Assembly (NCBI RefSeq): GCF_009914755.1
Contig: NC_060941.1
DNA: 64,000 nt
From: the human T2T-CHM13v2.0 reference genome, Homo sapiens
Direction: 5' to 3' (one strand)
Shown here: piece after piece, positions 1 to 20,860 of the stretch
Numbering within the stretch: position 1 is the stretch's first letter
How the letters are laid out: every line of letters starts with the position of its first letter
Notes under the pieces: model-generated
Databases searched by the model: none
Seen by the model: only the letters and a program-made list of their open reading frames with translations
What the model was told of the DNA's origin: nothing
Translations under genes and position numbers: made by a program

Positions 1-362
1 CTCTAAGTGCTGAAACACTTGAAGCTGAGCACAGGGCATTGGGTGAGTAAAGGGAAAGTGAAATAGACAGCCTTGGGCAACACATTTGTCCTTCCTTCCT
101 CTGCCCCAGGTCCTAGACTAATCTGGGTCTAAAGCAGGAGTTGCTTAAGAGACTCAGCCCACACAGTGGCTTCACTGTCTTTCACTCTGTCTGCAGATCT
201 GGGAATCAGAGCCCCCTCTGGCTTCTTTGGCCACCATGTGGCCCACTTTCAGGACACCCCGAACCTGCCTTGTCACTAATCCCTGCGTCCAGAGCTGATG
301 TGCGCACCCCTTTCCTTCTCTCCAAGACCCCCATTCCTAACAGCATTCCTGCCCCTCTTTAG

Positions 363-1900
<1,538 letters not shown>

Positions 1901-2113
1901 TGGTCTCCTGCTGATGATGCACTTGAATTTCGCATTGCTGTTCGCTGCCTGCCAGGATGGAAAATCTATTCCTTCTCTTCAGACCTGCCCTTCCCTGCCC
2001 CAAGGCTAGAGAGTGATGTCCAGCTCAGAACTTGGGGTGAGAAAGATCCACGTTGACTCCCAACTACTCCACTAGTATGTGACCTTAGACCTCTCTAGGT
2101 CCCAGTTTCCTCA

Positions 2114-2491
<378 letters not shown>

Positions 2492-2997
2492 TCAGGTACC
2501 CTGAACTTGCTTTTAGAGTATTTATATTTTATTATCATTTTTTGTTTATATATCGATTTCTCTTATTAGACTCTAAACTCCTTGATCACAAGGACCGTAT
2601 TATCCATCCTCACATCTTTGGTGTCCAGGATATAATGGTGTTCACTCAATATTTTCCAATACATTTAATTTTTGAGAATTTTATTGACTTTTTTTTTTTA
2701 CCATAAGAAAAGCTGCGTTCTAGGTGCCATGAGAATACAAAAAATATTTAAAATGTAGTTCATATCTTAGTTGGGGAGATAAGCTCGATCACTCATTCAT
2801 TGAGTTATTCAATATATCCGGAGTTATCTAAGCTCCAGCCAGCTTGGCAGTATCTGAAAAGATAAAGTCAAGTTGTGTACCCCACACTTAAGTGGCTTCC
2901 AGTCTAGTAGGGGAGACAGATATAAAATAAACACAACATAATGGGATGCACACAATCATATAGAAATCATATAATAATTATTAAAAATATATAGTAA

Positions 2998-3534
<537 letters not shown>

Positions 3535-4096
3535 TCACTAAGGGCATAGGAAGAAGAGACGGCTGGAAGGGGGCTTCCCAGTGCAATCAATGAGTGGTCA
3601 CGTGTGTGTCAGTACAGCAAAGACCAAGAAGGCTTGCAGGAAAAACTTGTTGAATTCTCTTTGACCTAATGTCACCCACATTCATTTAACTGTGAAGCTC
3701 TTTTCCTCCCACTGCTTAGCATCCTATGGATCTATCATTCTTTAAAATCGTTATGGGAAATTCTGGTGTAGATACCATTTGTAATTAGATAGTGTCTCTT
3801 AACCTCTTTGGAACATAGGCCTTTTGAGAAATGGATGGTCGGAGGGGATTGTGCACAATTCTGTGCTCTTCGAAGCCCACCGAAGACCCGCCTCCATGAT
3901 CAGGGAAAGCAAAGAAGGGAAAAAAAAAAATCCCAGGTAGTGGGAGTATCTGTGTAGGTCGAGATAGAAGAGGGTAGAAGATACGGAGCTTGTTCACTGC
4001 CGGGCAGTTGACTGTGAGGGAGAGACTGTGTGGGGAGGGGGACACCAACTGTGGAAGACCTCAAATACTTGGACTACTTGGTGTAGAATTCACGGG

Positions 4097-4405
4097 TTTT
4101 TTGTTTTTGTTTTTGTTTTTGTTTTGAGATGGAGTCTCGCTCTGTCTTCGAGGCTGGATTGCAGTGGTGTGATCTTGGTTCACTGCAAACTCTGCCTCCC
4201 GGGTTCAAGCAGTTCTTCCAGCCTCAACCTCCGAGTAGCTGAGATTACCGGCACCCACCAGCACGCCCAGCTAATTTTTGTATTTTTTAGTAGAGATGGG
4301 GTTTTACCATGTTGGCCAGGCTGGTCTTGAACCCCTGACCTCAGGTGATCCGCCTGCCTCGGCCTCCCAAAGTGCTGTTACAGGCGTGAGCCATCATGCC
4401 TGGCC
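4097..4405 (-). mobile_element. AluS
   Basis: Antisense Alu; TSD aattcacgg. Confidence 0.95.
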
Positions 4406-4450
4406 AAATTCACGGTTCTTGATAACTGATCAACTGTGAAAGTCAAGGGA

Positions 4451-4816
<366 letters not shown>

Positions 4817-6199
4817 TTACAGAAAGAAAATCATGGAGCTAAAACTTCAACACTTCAAAACCTATGTTATGATCATGTTGAAATGCCCCACGTTGCCTTT
4901 ATTAACTAGTGCTCAGTCTCCCAACTGAAAACTCATTGTAAGAATTGAATTTGCCATCTAACCGGGCATCCTACCTTGAATGGTTAAAAATCAGATTTGT
5001 CTGATTTCTAATTTTAGAAGGAACCAGGCTGACCTTCATTCCGCTGTTGCTAACTGGAGCCCTGTTACCTGGGTGACTAGATTTACAATATGTCAGTATG
5101 CAAATACCATCTGCCCAAGAGGAGAAAGGAAGCAAGGCCTTCTTCCTCTAGGGGTTGTCAGCAGTTCTGGAAACGTCTTCCTCTGGGAATGGGGAGGAAG
5201 GCATGCCCAATAGAAGGAGAACAGGGAAGAAGATGTGCTGATTCGTTTCTGGAGCCTCTCCCTTGTTCTCTTCCCACAGAGGAGTTTGTGGTCTGCCTTG
5301 TGGACAGTCCTGAATGTATATCATTAGGATATAGACAGGAACTTAGATTGTACATTTCTCCTGGTAGAGTGAGCAAAAGAAGTAGTATATATCACTTCAG
5401 TGGATCACAAAACACTTAGATTCAGATAACTGGAATGGCTTAATGAAGACTATGAATATGCGATTCCTGCCTCCCCAAATGCCATTAGGAATCTAATTTC
5501 CAACTGATAAGAGAGTGTGGGCTGGGCGTGGAGCCGGCTGCCTTTACTGGACGAACTCTGAAGGAGGATGAAGAGAAGTGGATATTCCGGCTCATTTTCC
5601 TACACTTGAGGTTGACTGGGCAAGCGGAAGGGATTTTTCTCCCACAGAATATCTATATTCAGCACTTGTCCTGAGTATTGTTTCAGGCGAGGGCTTGGAA
5701 TCACATTTGGAAACATTCAAATCCAAAGGCAGGGACGTTCTGCTTTCCTTTTCATGAAATAACTGTCACATCAGCTGTCAGCTGCAGGAATCTCTCCCAC
5801 CCACGCATTTTGTGAGTCCAAATTAGGTGGACTAATTAATTGTAATTTTTACTTTCAAGTCTCAAGGACTTTGATGGGCGGCTGTGCTTCCTTTCATGGT
5901 TGTGTGCAGGAATTTATGTAGGAGGAAGACCTTCTAGGAGCAGGATTGAGGATCTCAGGCTCTTGGCTTCTGATTTTGTACCCCTGGGTTACTTCCCCTG
6001 TGACCTCTCCTCTCTTTGCTCTCCTTGGCTCTGCTCTCTCATCTCTTTGGTAAAAAAGAACTCTTCTTACCATCAACCTGAAACTGTCAGCAACATGCAG
6101 GAGTGAGCAGTCACTAAACTTAACTGTGACATTTTCATCCACCTAGCCTTTTTATCTGCATGTCAAACAAGTGGCCAAGGAGATTAATGCCTGAGTGCA

Positions 6200-6385
6200 T
6201 GCTGCAGCTAGACGGGCTGGGTTCAAGTCCCAGCTCTACTACTTACTACCTGGGTGACATTGGGCAAGTGACTTAACCTCTGTGTATCAGTTTCCTCATT
6301 TGTCAAATAGGGATTTAAAACGCTACCTTCCTCATTGTGTTGTTGTGAGGATTAAATAGTATAAATATTTTAGAACTGTGCTGAA
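6200..6385 (+). mobile_element. MIR
   Basis: Core gggttcaagtcccagctctactacttact...gggcaagtgacttaacctctgtgtatcagtttcctcat. Confidence 0.85.
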
Positions 6386-6545
6386 CCTATAGAAGCCAGG
6401 GCTCTATATGGCAGCTTTTAAGATGACTCTGTCATGCATCTGCAGGGGTCCTAGTGAGGTAGTGGAGTTTTGCTGTGAGCAAGTAGATTTCCAGAGCTTG
6501 TTTGCAGGCAGTGACCTCCCCGTTCTTTCTTGCCATGCTAGTTTC

Positions 6546-6817
6546 TTTTTTGAGATGGAGTCTAGCTCAGTCGCCCAGGCTGGAGTGCAGTAGCGCCATC
6601 TTCACTGCAATCACCTCCCAGGTTCAAGCGATTCTCCCGCCTCAGCCTCCCAAGTAGCTGAGATTACAGGCGCCCGCCACCACGCCTGGTTAATTTTTGT
6701 ATTTTTAGTAGAGATGGGGTTTTTGCCATGTTGGCCAGGCTGGTCTCAAACTCCTGACCTCAGGTGATCTGTCTGCCAAAGCGCTGAGATTACAGGCATA
6801 AGCCACCACGCCCAGCC
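6546..6817 (-). mobile_element. AluS
   Basis: Antisense Alu; TSD atgctagtttct. Confidence 0.93.
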
Positions 6818-7146
6818 ATGCTAGTTTCTATTCATGCACAGATCAAGCCTAATTTTCCATGTGGCACCCCCCACCAACAACAGTACCCCATGCTGCTCTG
6901 TTCCTAACCCCTTGCACCCTTTCTGTCAATGCTGTGTAATTAGCACATTTGGACATGATGTCTTAGCTTCTCACTCTGATTGTAATGTGAAGTTCAGCTC
7001 TTCGTTGTCCTTGAGGCATAATGAAAAGATGCCATGTGGCTGGAGAGCTGCCTGCGATCGTTGTTCAATGGATGATGTGGCCAAGTACATAAAACAGTGA
7101 CTTGGACAACCACACTTGTCCTTTAGCTTACTCTTGAAGTCACTTA

Positions 7147-7209
7147 TTGCTTTCTTATTGCTTATGGCTTTCTTGTTGCTTTCTTATTGCTTATGGCTTT
7201 CTTGTTGCT
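7147..7209. repeat. Perfect 29-bp tandem duplication (ttgctttcttattgcttatggctttcttg x2.2)
   Basis: Copies at 7147-7175 and 7176-7204. Confidence 0.9.
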
Positions 7210-7244
7210 GTACATAACTTAAAACTATCAAAAGAAAATATGAG

Positions 7245-7790
7245 ATGTTGCAGCTGCTATGGAGGAAAGTCTGACAGTTCCTCAAATGGTCAAACATGTT
7301 GTTACCATGTGACCCAGTAATTCCACATCCAAGGGAAATGAAAACATACGTCCTCAAAAGACTCACACACAAATACTCATAGCAGCATTATTCATAATAG
7401 CCACAAGGTGGAAACCACCCAAATGTCCATCAACTGATGAAGGGATAAACAAAATGTGGTATATCCATACAATGGAATATTATTCAGTAATAAAAAGGAA
7501 GTACTGATGCATGCTAAACATGAATGAATCTTAAAAACATGTTAAATGAAAGGAGTCAGTGACAAAAGGCCATGTATTGTATGATTCCATTGATATGAAT
7601 GTTCAGAATGGCCACATCCATAGAAACAGAAGGTAACTTAGTGGTTGCTGGGACTGGGAGGAGAAGAGAATCAGGGATGACTATTAGTGGGTATGGAGTT
7701 TCTTTTGGAGATGATGAAAATGTGGAATTGGATAGCGGTGATGATTTCACAACCTTGCGAATATACTAAAAGCCACCGAATTGCATATTT
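7245..7790 (+). mobile_element. L1MB-like 3' end
   Basis: atagcagcattattcataatagcc...ccaaatgtccatcaactgatgaa...aaaatgtggtatatccatacaatggaatattattcag. Confidence 0.8.
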
Positions 7791-8511
7791 TTTTAAAAAA
7801 AGTATGGGAAACATCTATATGCTCAACTACAGAGCTTAAAGTCATCTTTAAGATTACTTTTTCCAGCGTAGCTGTCACCTAAAATAGAATAAAAAGTGAC
7901 TTGATCTGCAAGGAAAACATGAAAAATGCAAATGGTCAAGAATGGCTTTTTCACCCCAAATTGTTGAATATAAATTATATACATGCAATTCGTAAGTAAA
8001 CGCTGTAGGACTCGGCTGCCTTCTATGTTGTGATTCTGTAATTTGCTACATTCCTGGATGGGCCATCAAAATAATACTGAAAACAGCTTCTATAACAAAT
8101 AGAAGTGCTGTTTCAGGTCATGCCTACCACCACTCCTGGGTTCCCTAAGGTACTAATTCATAGCTACCTCTTTGTGGTGCCCTTACAAAGAGTGATTTAA
8201 CTGTTTGTAAAGGTGTCTGGACCTTTTTGACATTAAAGAGATTTACTGAATTAAACTTATGTTTGCAAACAGAATATTTCCAGGGGATGCCTTCCAGCCC
8301 CCTAAGAATTAACCATCTTAGTTTATCAGTGTTTAATCAGGACCCTACTGATTGACTCTTCTGGTTTAAATAAATAATGGGGTTGAAATCTCTACCAGGG
8401 CTGTTTCAGTACTTATTTGGAAGAAGGATGTGAAATACCCAAGCTCCACCTAAAATAGGCTTTGCAAGAATAAGTGATCCAAGAGAGAACCTACAGTTGA
8501 CTTTAAAACAT

Positions 8512-9540
<1,029 letters not shown>

Positions 9541-11929
9541 TAGGCCAACTATGGCCTAAGAATGAATGGTGCCTCCCTGCAACCAGCCATACACCCTCTC
9601 TGGCTACAAGTGCCATCCATGCCTCTGGAACCTGGAGCTTCTCCTAAGTAGGGTGAGCAAAGATGCTGGAACTTTCCAAGTCTCAATCTACATATACAAT
9701 CCACATATATAACCCTCTCCCAGCCTTGCTAGGTAGTTACCAGAACCCCAAAACCACTTGCCAAGCCAGTCAGCATTTAGGTAAGCAAAGGAGTCCAGTG
9801 ACCCTCAAATATCACTGAGATCTTGTTTGTCTAGGCATGAAGTGCCTTGAATAACTCTTTCAAGACATTAAGAACTCCCGCTGTTCAATTGTACCTGAAG
9901 CAGCAAGTGCTTCTCTTTGCATTTCCTTTACCCTCTGTTCTCAGAAGGTCTCAAAGATGCTGAAACTAATTGCTGTCATTCCTGAAAGATTTCTGCTTTT
10001 AAGTGGTACTGCGGCTTCCCTTGATGCTACCAGCCGTTTTCATTAAGGATTTCATGAAGGGTTGATGGGTGCATTAGGCTTCACAAACAACGGTTCTTTT
10101 CATCCTGGAAAGGCCTTGCTACCTTGGTAGTGGATGGACCTCTCTGCTGCGAACATCTCTGTTTATGGGGCTAAGGTTACAGAGATGACAAAGAGGTCAC
10201 AAGCGGATGGCGCAGGATATGTGTCCTGGGAAAGCTCTATCTTGATTTTCCCTCTTTTTGGTCTTGTGATTGACTGTGGGTTTATGTTCTGTAGTAAACA
10301 CAAGAGCCTTGATTGCTTACTAAAGGTCAGACTTGTCAGCAAACCTCTCCATTAACTTGAGTTGCGATCGGTTTCACATTTCCTGGCAAATCGTTTGAGA
10401 GCTCTGATGAATGCATCAGTTTCCTTCAGTCTTCTGTCTGCAAGGCAGAAACGCTCAAGAAATCCCCCTCTTTGCCAGACACCAAGTGTATCTTGTTTGC
10501 AGCTCTGCCTCTAGCATCTACAGGGCTTGGCATACACGTGAAATGCATGTTGAGTGATGAACGGGAGCGCACAGGACTCTTAAGAACCGAGACCGTCCCC
10601 ACAGCCAACGTATGAAGAAATCCCATGTTCTGCTTCTAGAGCCAACTGCCCTTGTGGTTTCGAGTTGAGTTCTGGCAGTTCCTGTCTTTGCTCTCTTAAT
10701 CATTCTTCATGGGCTCCCACTAATGGCTAATTTGCTCAGCTTGTCATTTATAAATACAAGGACATGACACCCACTGCCTTAGCCAGTGCTTATAAAGTAA
10801 CCTGTAAGTGCTGCATGTTATCATCTCGGCTTTTCAATTTATGAGTCAAGTGAATTCTCGGGGCTAGAACATCACCCCTAAAAGCGAGTCAGTGTTGGAA
10901 GAAGCAGCAAAAATATACATGCACTCTTACTTGCATAGACTATGAAGACTATTGTTACTCTCCTGTACTCAGTCAAGTAGATTATGCTCCTCCATGGTCA
11001 AGTACCCTTGAGGCGATTTGCACAGTTTTGCAGCAACAGCAGGGATAGAGGTTGTGCTGGTACCAGCAGGAAGCATAGCCTGAGCCCTTCCCTTGGATTT
11101 CAGTTGCTCTATTTCTATTCAGTTCAGTCCAGAACTTAGGACAGGTTAAGCATCAGCGTCCAATACAGTTTATATTAGTTTGTCACAAAAGGGGGATTTT
11201 TTGAATTAAATGTTGATAACCCAGCTTCTTAAATCTTTTTATCAGTTTTTTCATTCCCATACCCTGGCATAATGACACAGGTATTACGTAAACAAGACAC
11301 CTCCGAGGGCTGCTTATAAAAACTCAAGAGAAAAGATAAATATGTGATGATGCACTGATATCCTGAAATATGAGCTGCAGGTTTGTATTTTCTTTGTGGG
11401 ATCGGATATTGGTTTTCATGGTTTATTGACCAGGCTGAGAGACATCTGACAAAACACCCAAGAACTTTACACCTTTTTTTTTTGTTATTATTTTTTAACC
11501 TTCCTGTCTACATGGAGAAATCTACACATTGAATCACAGGGCCTGGAAGACTGGGGCTTAGCCAGTCATGTTCTTAGCTTGGGCAGAACCCAAATCAGAT
11601 CCAGCTGTTGGAGGTAAAAATACACGCTGCTTTCCCAAGGAAAAAGCAATTGGAATTGGTCTCACTGTAGAGTTACTCTCGGGCAGAACTTCGGGATAAG
11701 GAGCAACTGGAGACGGTCGACTGTGAATGTGATGTTCATGTGACATTCATGTTCATTGAGGAATGTGTTCTCATTGAGACCGGATCAGAACTCATTTGGG
11801 TTCAGTTAATGACTCTTTCCTTTCTGCCGGGTCTTTGTCTGCAACATTGGGCACGCAGTCAGTACCTCGTTGTGTGGGAGCATCACCGACAGGAATCCTC
11901 CAGAATGGTCATATATTAAAGACCTCTCG

Positions 11930-12229
11930 GGCTGGGCATGGTGATTCATGCCTGTAATCCCAGTACTTTGGAAGGCCGAGGCAGGTGCATCACCTGAGGT
12001 CAGGAGTTCAAGACCAGCCTGGCCAACATGGTGAAACCCTGTCTCTACTAAAAATACAAAAATTAGCCGGGCGTGGTGGCACACGCTTGTAATTCCAGCT
12101 ACTCAGGAGGTTGAAGCAGAGGAATTGCTTGAACCCAGGAGGTGGAGATTGCAGTGCGCCGAGATCACACCACTGCATTCCAGCCTGGGAGAGAGAGTGA
12201 AACTCCATCCCCCACCACCAAAAAAAAAA
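11930..12229 (+). mobile_element. AluS
   Basis: Sense Alu; degenerate TSD aaagacctctcg/aaagacatctag. Confidence 0.95.
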
Positions 12230-12521
12230 GACATCTAGGCTTAGGGCACGGCAAACAAAGAACTCCCCTGGCATGGCAGGAATCAGGGAATCTCATGTAA
12301 CATTCATTGTTTCTCCGGGGAGTCTTTTCATATTTCTCCCGTCTTCTAGGCTCAATACCTTTCAGGAAGCTTCTAAACCAAAGATTCATCAAATAGAAAT
12401 AATTTTAAAAATTATTTCATAATAAACTTTAATAATTTTTTCATAATCATAAAGTAATTGTTAGATGGTTTCCTTGAGGCATGAGCCATACTCACTGAAA
12501 AATGACAAGTTCTGAGCCTTT

Positions 12522-13095
<574 letters not shown>

Positions 13096-13675
13096 AAGTG
13101 GAAATTCTCAAGCTTTTTATAATACTTATGGGAAGTAGTCAATCTGACTACTGTCTAATGAAATTTTTACATAAGGAAAAGATAGTTTTGAGCAGATGGT
13201 CAGATTTCCTTTGGTTTTGGCATTGTACAAGTATATGGCAGATGCCTCATTCTCTTATACTTTCTGGAACCCGCAGCATAACAGGGATATGAATGAAACA
13301 GATCTGCAAGTCACAGTCAGACATGTGGCCAACTAGAAGGAGCAGTGGTGAGGGCAGTTGGTGTACAGGTTTATTATACAATTTATGAAGCATTTTAATT
13401 TTTAAGTTTTTTTTTTTTCTCACTTGATTCTCACCATGTCTTGCGAGGTATTCTATTAGTTCCATTTTAATGATAATAAACTGTGGCTCAGAGAAGTAAA
13501 TTGTCTAAGGTTACAAAGCTAGTCAATGGTAGAATCAGGACGCTGGCTTCACATTTTCATTTTTAAAACCCCAGTGCTTTCCATCACAGCCCACTGTGAA
13601 CAATTATCACGTCTCTGGAGGCCCAGGTAATAGCCAGTCCTCAGGAAGGGAGGGCCTCTCCAAATGCAACCCTAA

Positions 13676-14022
<347 letters not shown>

Positions 14023-14023
14023 T

Positions 14024-14805
14024 AAATTTTCTAATAGCCACATTTTAAAAAGTGTGTAGAAAGAAACACATAGGCTGGCTCATGGTAGTTTACACCTATA
14101 ATCCCAAAACTTTGTGAGGCTGTGGCGGGAGGATGGCTTGAGGCTAGGAATTTGAGGCCAGCCTGGGCAACATAGCAAGATACCATCTCTACAGAAAAAA
14201 TACAAAACTTAGCTGGACGTGGTGGTGCCTGCCTGTAGTCCCAGTGACTCAAGAGGCTGAGGTGGAAGGATCGCTTGAGCACTGGGGGTCAAGGCTGCAA
14301 TGAGCTACGGTCATACCTCTGCACTCCAGCCTGGATGACAGAGCGAGACCCTGTCTCTAAAAAAATAAGAAAGAAAAGGAAAAAAAAAGGCAAGTGAAGT
14401 TAATTTTAAAAATATATTTTAGTTAACCCAGTATACAAAAATATCATTTCAATCAACATAAAAATTATTAATGAACTATTTTGCTTTTTTTTGTAGTAAG
14501 TCTTCCAAATCTAGTGTGCATTTTAGACTTAAACAGCACTCCCAAGTCAGACGCTAAATTTTCATTGGCAGTACTTGATCTTTATTTAGATTTCATAAAA
14601 TTCCCAGTTGAAAAAGTAGATTCACATACCCAAAGTGTTTCAAACATATATGAAGGTTTTCTAATAACTGAGTCAAGCACCAGTCTTAAATTTAAATGAA
14701 TTAAAATGAAAGAAAATTTAAAATTCAATCCCTCTATTCCATGGGCCACACTTCAAAGGCTCAGTGGCCACACATAGCAAATAGCTTTGGTCCTGGGCAG
14801 AACAG
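14024..14805. mobile_element. hAT-Charlie1 family (MER33/MER3-like) element interrupted by an AluJ (14073-14388, +)
   Basis: aaattttctaatagccacattttaaaaag...aagtcttccaaatctagtgtgcattttagacttaaacagcac...gccacacttcaaaggctcagtggccacac. Confidence 0.7.
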
Positions 14806-14858
14806 ATCTAGATGAACAGCTGAGGGTGGCCCAGACTGGACCCAGCCGTGGAATAGAA

Positions 14859-15051
14859 CAACGGTCTGCAAACTTATTTCTATAAAGGGCCAGATAATAA
14901 ATATTTTCAGCCTTGGGGGTTACACAGTCTCTCAAAGTATTCAACTCTGCCATTGTAAATGAAAGCAGCCATAGAATGAATGAGCATCGCTGTGTTCCAA
15001 TAAAACTTTATTTACAAAGCAGGCATCAGCCTGCATGCTTTGCCAACCATT
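14859..15051. mobile_element. MER58A-like hAT MITE
   Basis: gcaaacttatttctataaagggccagataataaatattttcag...gctgtgttccaataaaactttatttacaaa...tttgccaacc. Confidence 0.8.
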
Positions 15052-15863
15052 AGACTAGAACATTTGTCCTAGGGCCTTAGCTGTGCTGTGGGATTACCAG
15101 AAAAAGAGACAGCTCTCACCTCTAGCTTTCTGAGATGAGGTTGTCAAAATCTGGACTCACTGGATCTCCTTTCCTGTGTGTAATTAGAATTTTGACACCA
15201 CTTGGCATGAAGCAACGGTGGGCCAGAGTTCTGCGTCATTTATCCTTCAGGTGCTCTCTGCAGTGGATGGTTTGTGCCTCCTGAAGCAATTGCTTCCCTG
15301 TGCTTTGAGGTCCAGCAGAGGTAACAGCGGAGAAAGCTGGAAGAAAGGCTTCAACAAAAGCATTAATGGTGATGTGAAGAATGCAGGAAACTCCCAAGAA
15401 AGCCAAATGATATCACTCTCTGCTTTTCCAACATAGCCAGTGTGAGGCAGGAATCACACACGTTTCACAGCTGGGTAAATATGTGATTTCACGTGAAATC
15501 AGAGGGACAGGTGTTTCTCTGTGCTTGTTAGGTGATATGGCGTCCGCCCATTTTGATGGTAAAGGCCAAAGTAAATATAAATTCTGTTTCCTGACCTGGG
15601 GCCTTGAGGTCCCCAGGCGGGGATTACCACCACCCAATTTGGGAATCTACGTTGCAAAGCCATGGTTCCCGCTGTTCACATTGTGATGTTTGGAAATGGT
15701 ATTGGGACTAATGGAGGGAAAGAAAGAGGACAGGAAGGGAGGGCATAGAGATTGGTTGGTAGGAAGATGACCCCCACTAGGTGCTTTAGGGTAGGGGGTT
15801 ATGGAGGCTGGCTTTGCAGAAACTCTGGGACGCAGCAGTTGGGGAAGGGTGAAGTGAAAATCA

Positions 15864-16443
<580 letters not shown>

Positions 16444-17004
16444 CTATCAAGTGTACAGCGTGGTGTGTGGGGAAAGATCTGCATCCCATGATGTTTTTGA
16501 CTATGGAGGTAATTATTTGGAGTAGCTGTTCTGATGATAACTCACGGAGGTTCAGTCTGCAGCATGGAACTGTCTCTAGTCATGATTGCCTGTAATGATG
16601 ATTACCCAAACTCTGGAATTATAACAATAGATTTTACAAAGTTAGAGCATAATTGCTCCACCATTCCTTACATGTGCACAGATTAAACAACTTTGATCTT
16701 TCAATCAGATTTTTGTTACTCATCTTCTGCAATAGCAAAGGTCAGAGGCAGTAGCTTTCTGCCACCTCCCTCCCCTCTTTTTAAATCATCACGAGGCCAG
16801 ATTTTTAAAGCATTTAACTTGGTAAAGAAATAAGGGCTGAAGTTGTGTGGACTAGAATGAGTACAGGCCTGTGGGGGGTCAGAATCCCAATTCTGACATC
16901 TAGAAACTCTGTAACATACAGTCTTCAACCTGTCTGCAACTCAGCTTCCTCGTCTGTCAATACTCACTTGTCTGAATCATTGAGAGATTAGAATGAACAT
17001 AGGC

Positions 17005-17960
<956 letters not shown>

Positions 17961-18269
17961 TAAAGCACTTAATCAGTGCCTTGCACTAATGGGCAATCAA
18001 TAAAGTGATGCTGTATCATCATCATCAATTCTACGGTCAATTCTCAGGCTTTGGAGGCTTTAGAATCTTTCTATGTCTTTGGATGTTGTGGCCTTTATTC
18101 AACATACAAGTTTGTTTGGAGCTGGTGGTCAGGGATATGGTATTTTCACTAAGTTAGGGATGGAGCTTTGTAAGAAATCAGTATAAAGGAGGAAAAAAGA
18201 AACAAGCGTCCTAAAGACAGAACATTTACAGCTGAGCAAGTGCTGATGGCTGCCTTCACCACGTTCTGC

Positions 18270-18415
18270 TGCAGCGGTTCTCAGCATTTATGTGCATTTC
18301 TGAAAGATTCCCACTCTTTTCTCCCCAGAGTCTGAATGGAGAAGGTCTGGAACAACCTGAGATTCAGCATTTTTAGGAGTGTCTCTGGAGATTTTGAAAC
18401 ACGTGGTTCAAGGAC
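18270..18415. mobile_element. MER5-like hAT MITE
   Basis: cagcggttctcagc...cctgagattcagcatttttaggag...gattttgaaacacgtggttcaaggac. Confidence 0.55.
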
Positions 18416-18479
18416 TCTCTGTCTCTTCTCCCTCCCCCAAACGAGAAACTGCTGCTTGTGTCTGAGAGTCAATACGAGA

Positions 18480-18910
18480 TTTAAAAACAGCAACAAAACC
18501 ACTGCTCCTGGAATGGCCCAGTTCCCATGGCCACGACCAGCAAAGTGGGCCTGATTTCCTTAGGAGGGGAAGAAGTGACGGCTGCAGAGCCCTTGACCAT
18601 CTCGGTGTCTGGGCTCGAGTGTCCCGCCACCCCCAGCGTCTGCAGGTCACCCCCACACTGACGCCGTCTCAGTGAGCTAATGCCAGTGTCTGCCCCGCGC
18701 CGGCTCATTCAGCAGCCACTGGAATGATCAATGAGGCCGGCCGCCCAGCCCTCCACCGGCTGTTGGTGAATCAGCTGCCTCGGCCATTCCCATCTCCACT
18801 GAGCAGGAAGCACTCGAGCTGAGCCCAGCCAGGGCTGACTGGCGTCTGGCTAATGGCTTTTCTGTGTCATGCACTGACCTTGATCCCATATGTTTTTCAT
18901 ACGTGAGTGG
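18480..18910. promoter_or_regulatory. Candidate enhancer: GC/CpG-retaining non-repetitive patch
   Basis: Locally CpG-rich; TGACCTTGA 18875-18883, CAGGAAG, CAGCTG and SOX-like CATTC/CAATG sites. Motif evidence only. Confidence 0.35.
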
Positions 18911-19024
18911 GTTGGAGTGCCTGAAGATGGTCCAGTGGTGGAAATAGCTCTTCTGCCAAGCCCCTTACCGAGGTCCTGGGCAGTACTTTGGTTTAGAGGT
19001 GTCTGCTTCTGAAGCAGGATCGGT

Positions 19025-20290
<1,266 letters not shown>

Positions 20291-20542
20291 ATTTTTTGAG
20301 CCCCAAGTACAAAGCAACTGTCAGTGAAATCTCCACCCCCTGGGTAGTGTGTGCCCATCTGTATAAGGTGGCATATTGATCTCACAGGTAGAGCTCACAA
20401 ATCTGCAATGTGTAAACTTTTTCTTATTGTCTTCCTCCTTGAAAGAGTGTTAGCCTTTACGAGCAAAAGTCAAAGCAGTACTGGACTAAGGGAAGAGAAG
20501 TCAAGCTTCTGATCCTAAAATTAATTTTAAAAATTGATTTCA

Positions 20543-20860
<318 letters not shown>

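Noticed and set aside
11687-11702. AACTTCGGGATAAGGA resembles a 28S rRNA segment
   Set aside because: Only 16 nt, and the flanks do not continue the match; compatible with chance.
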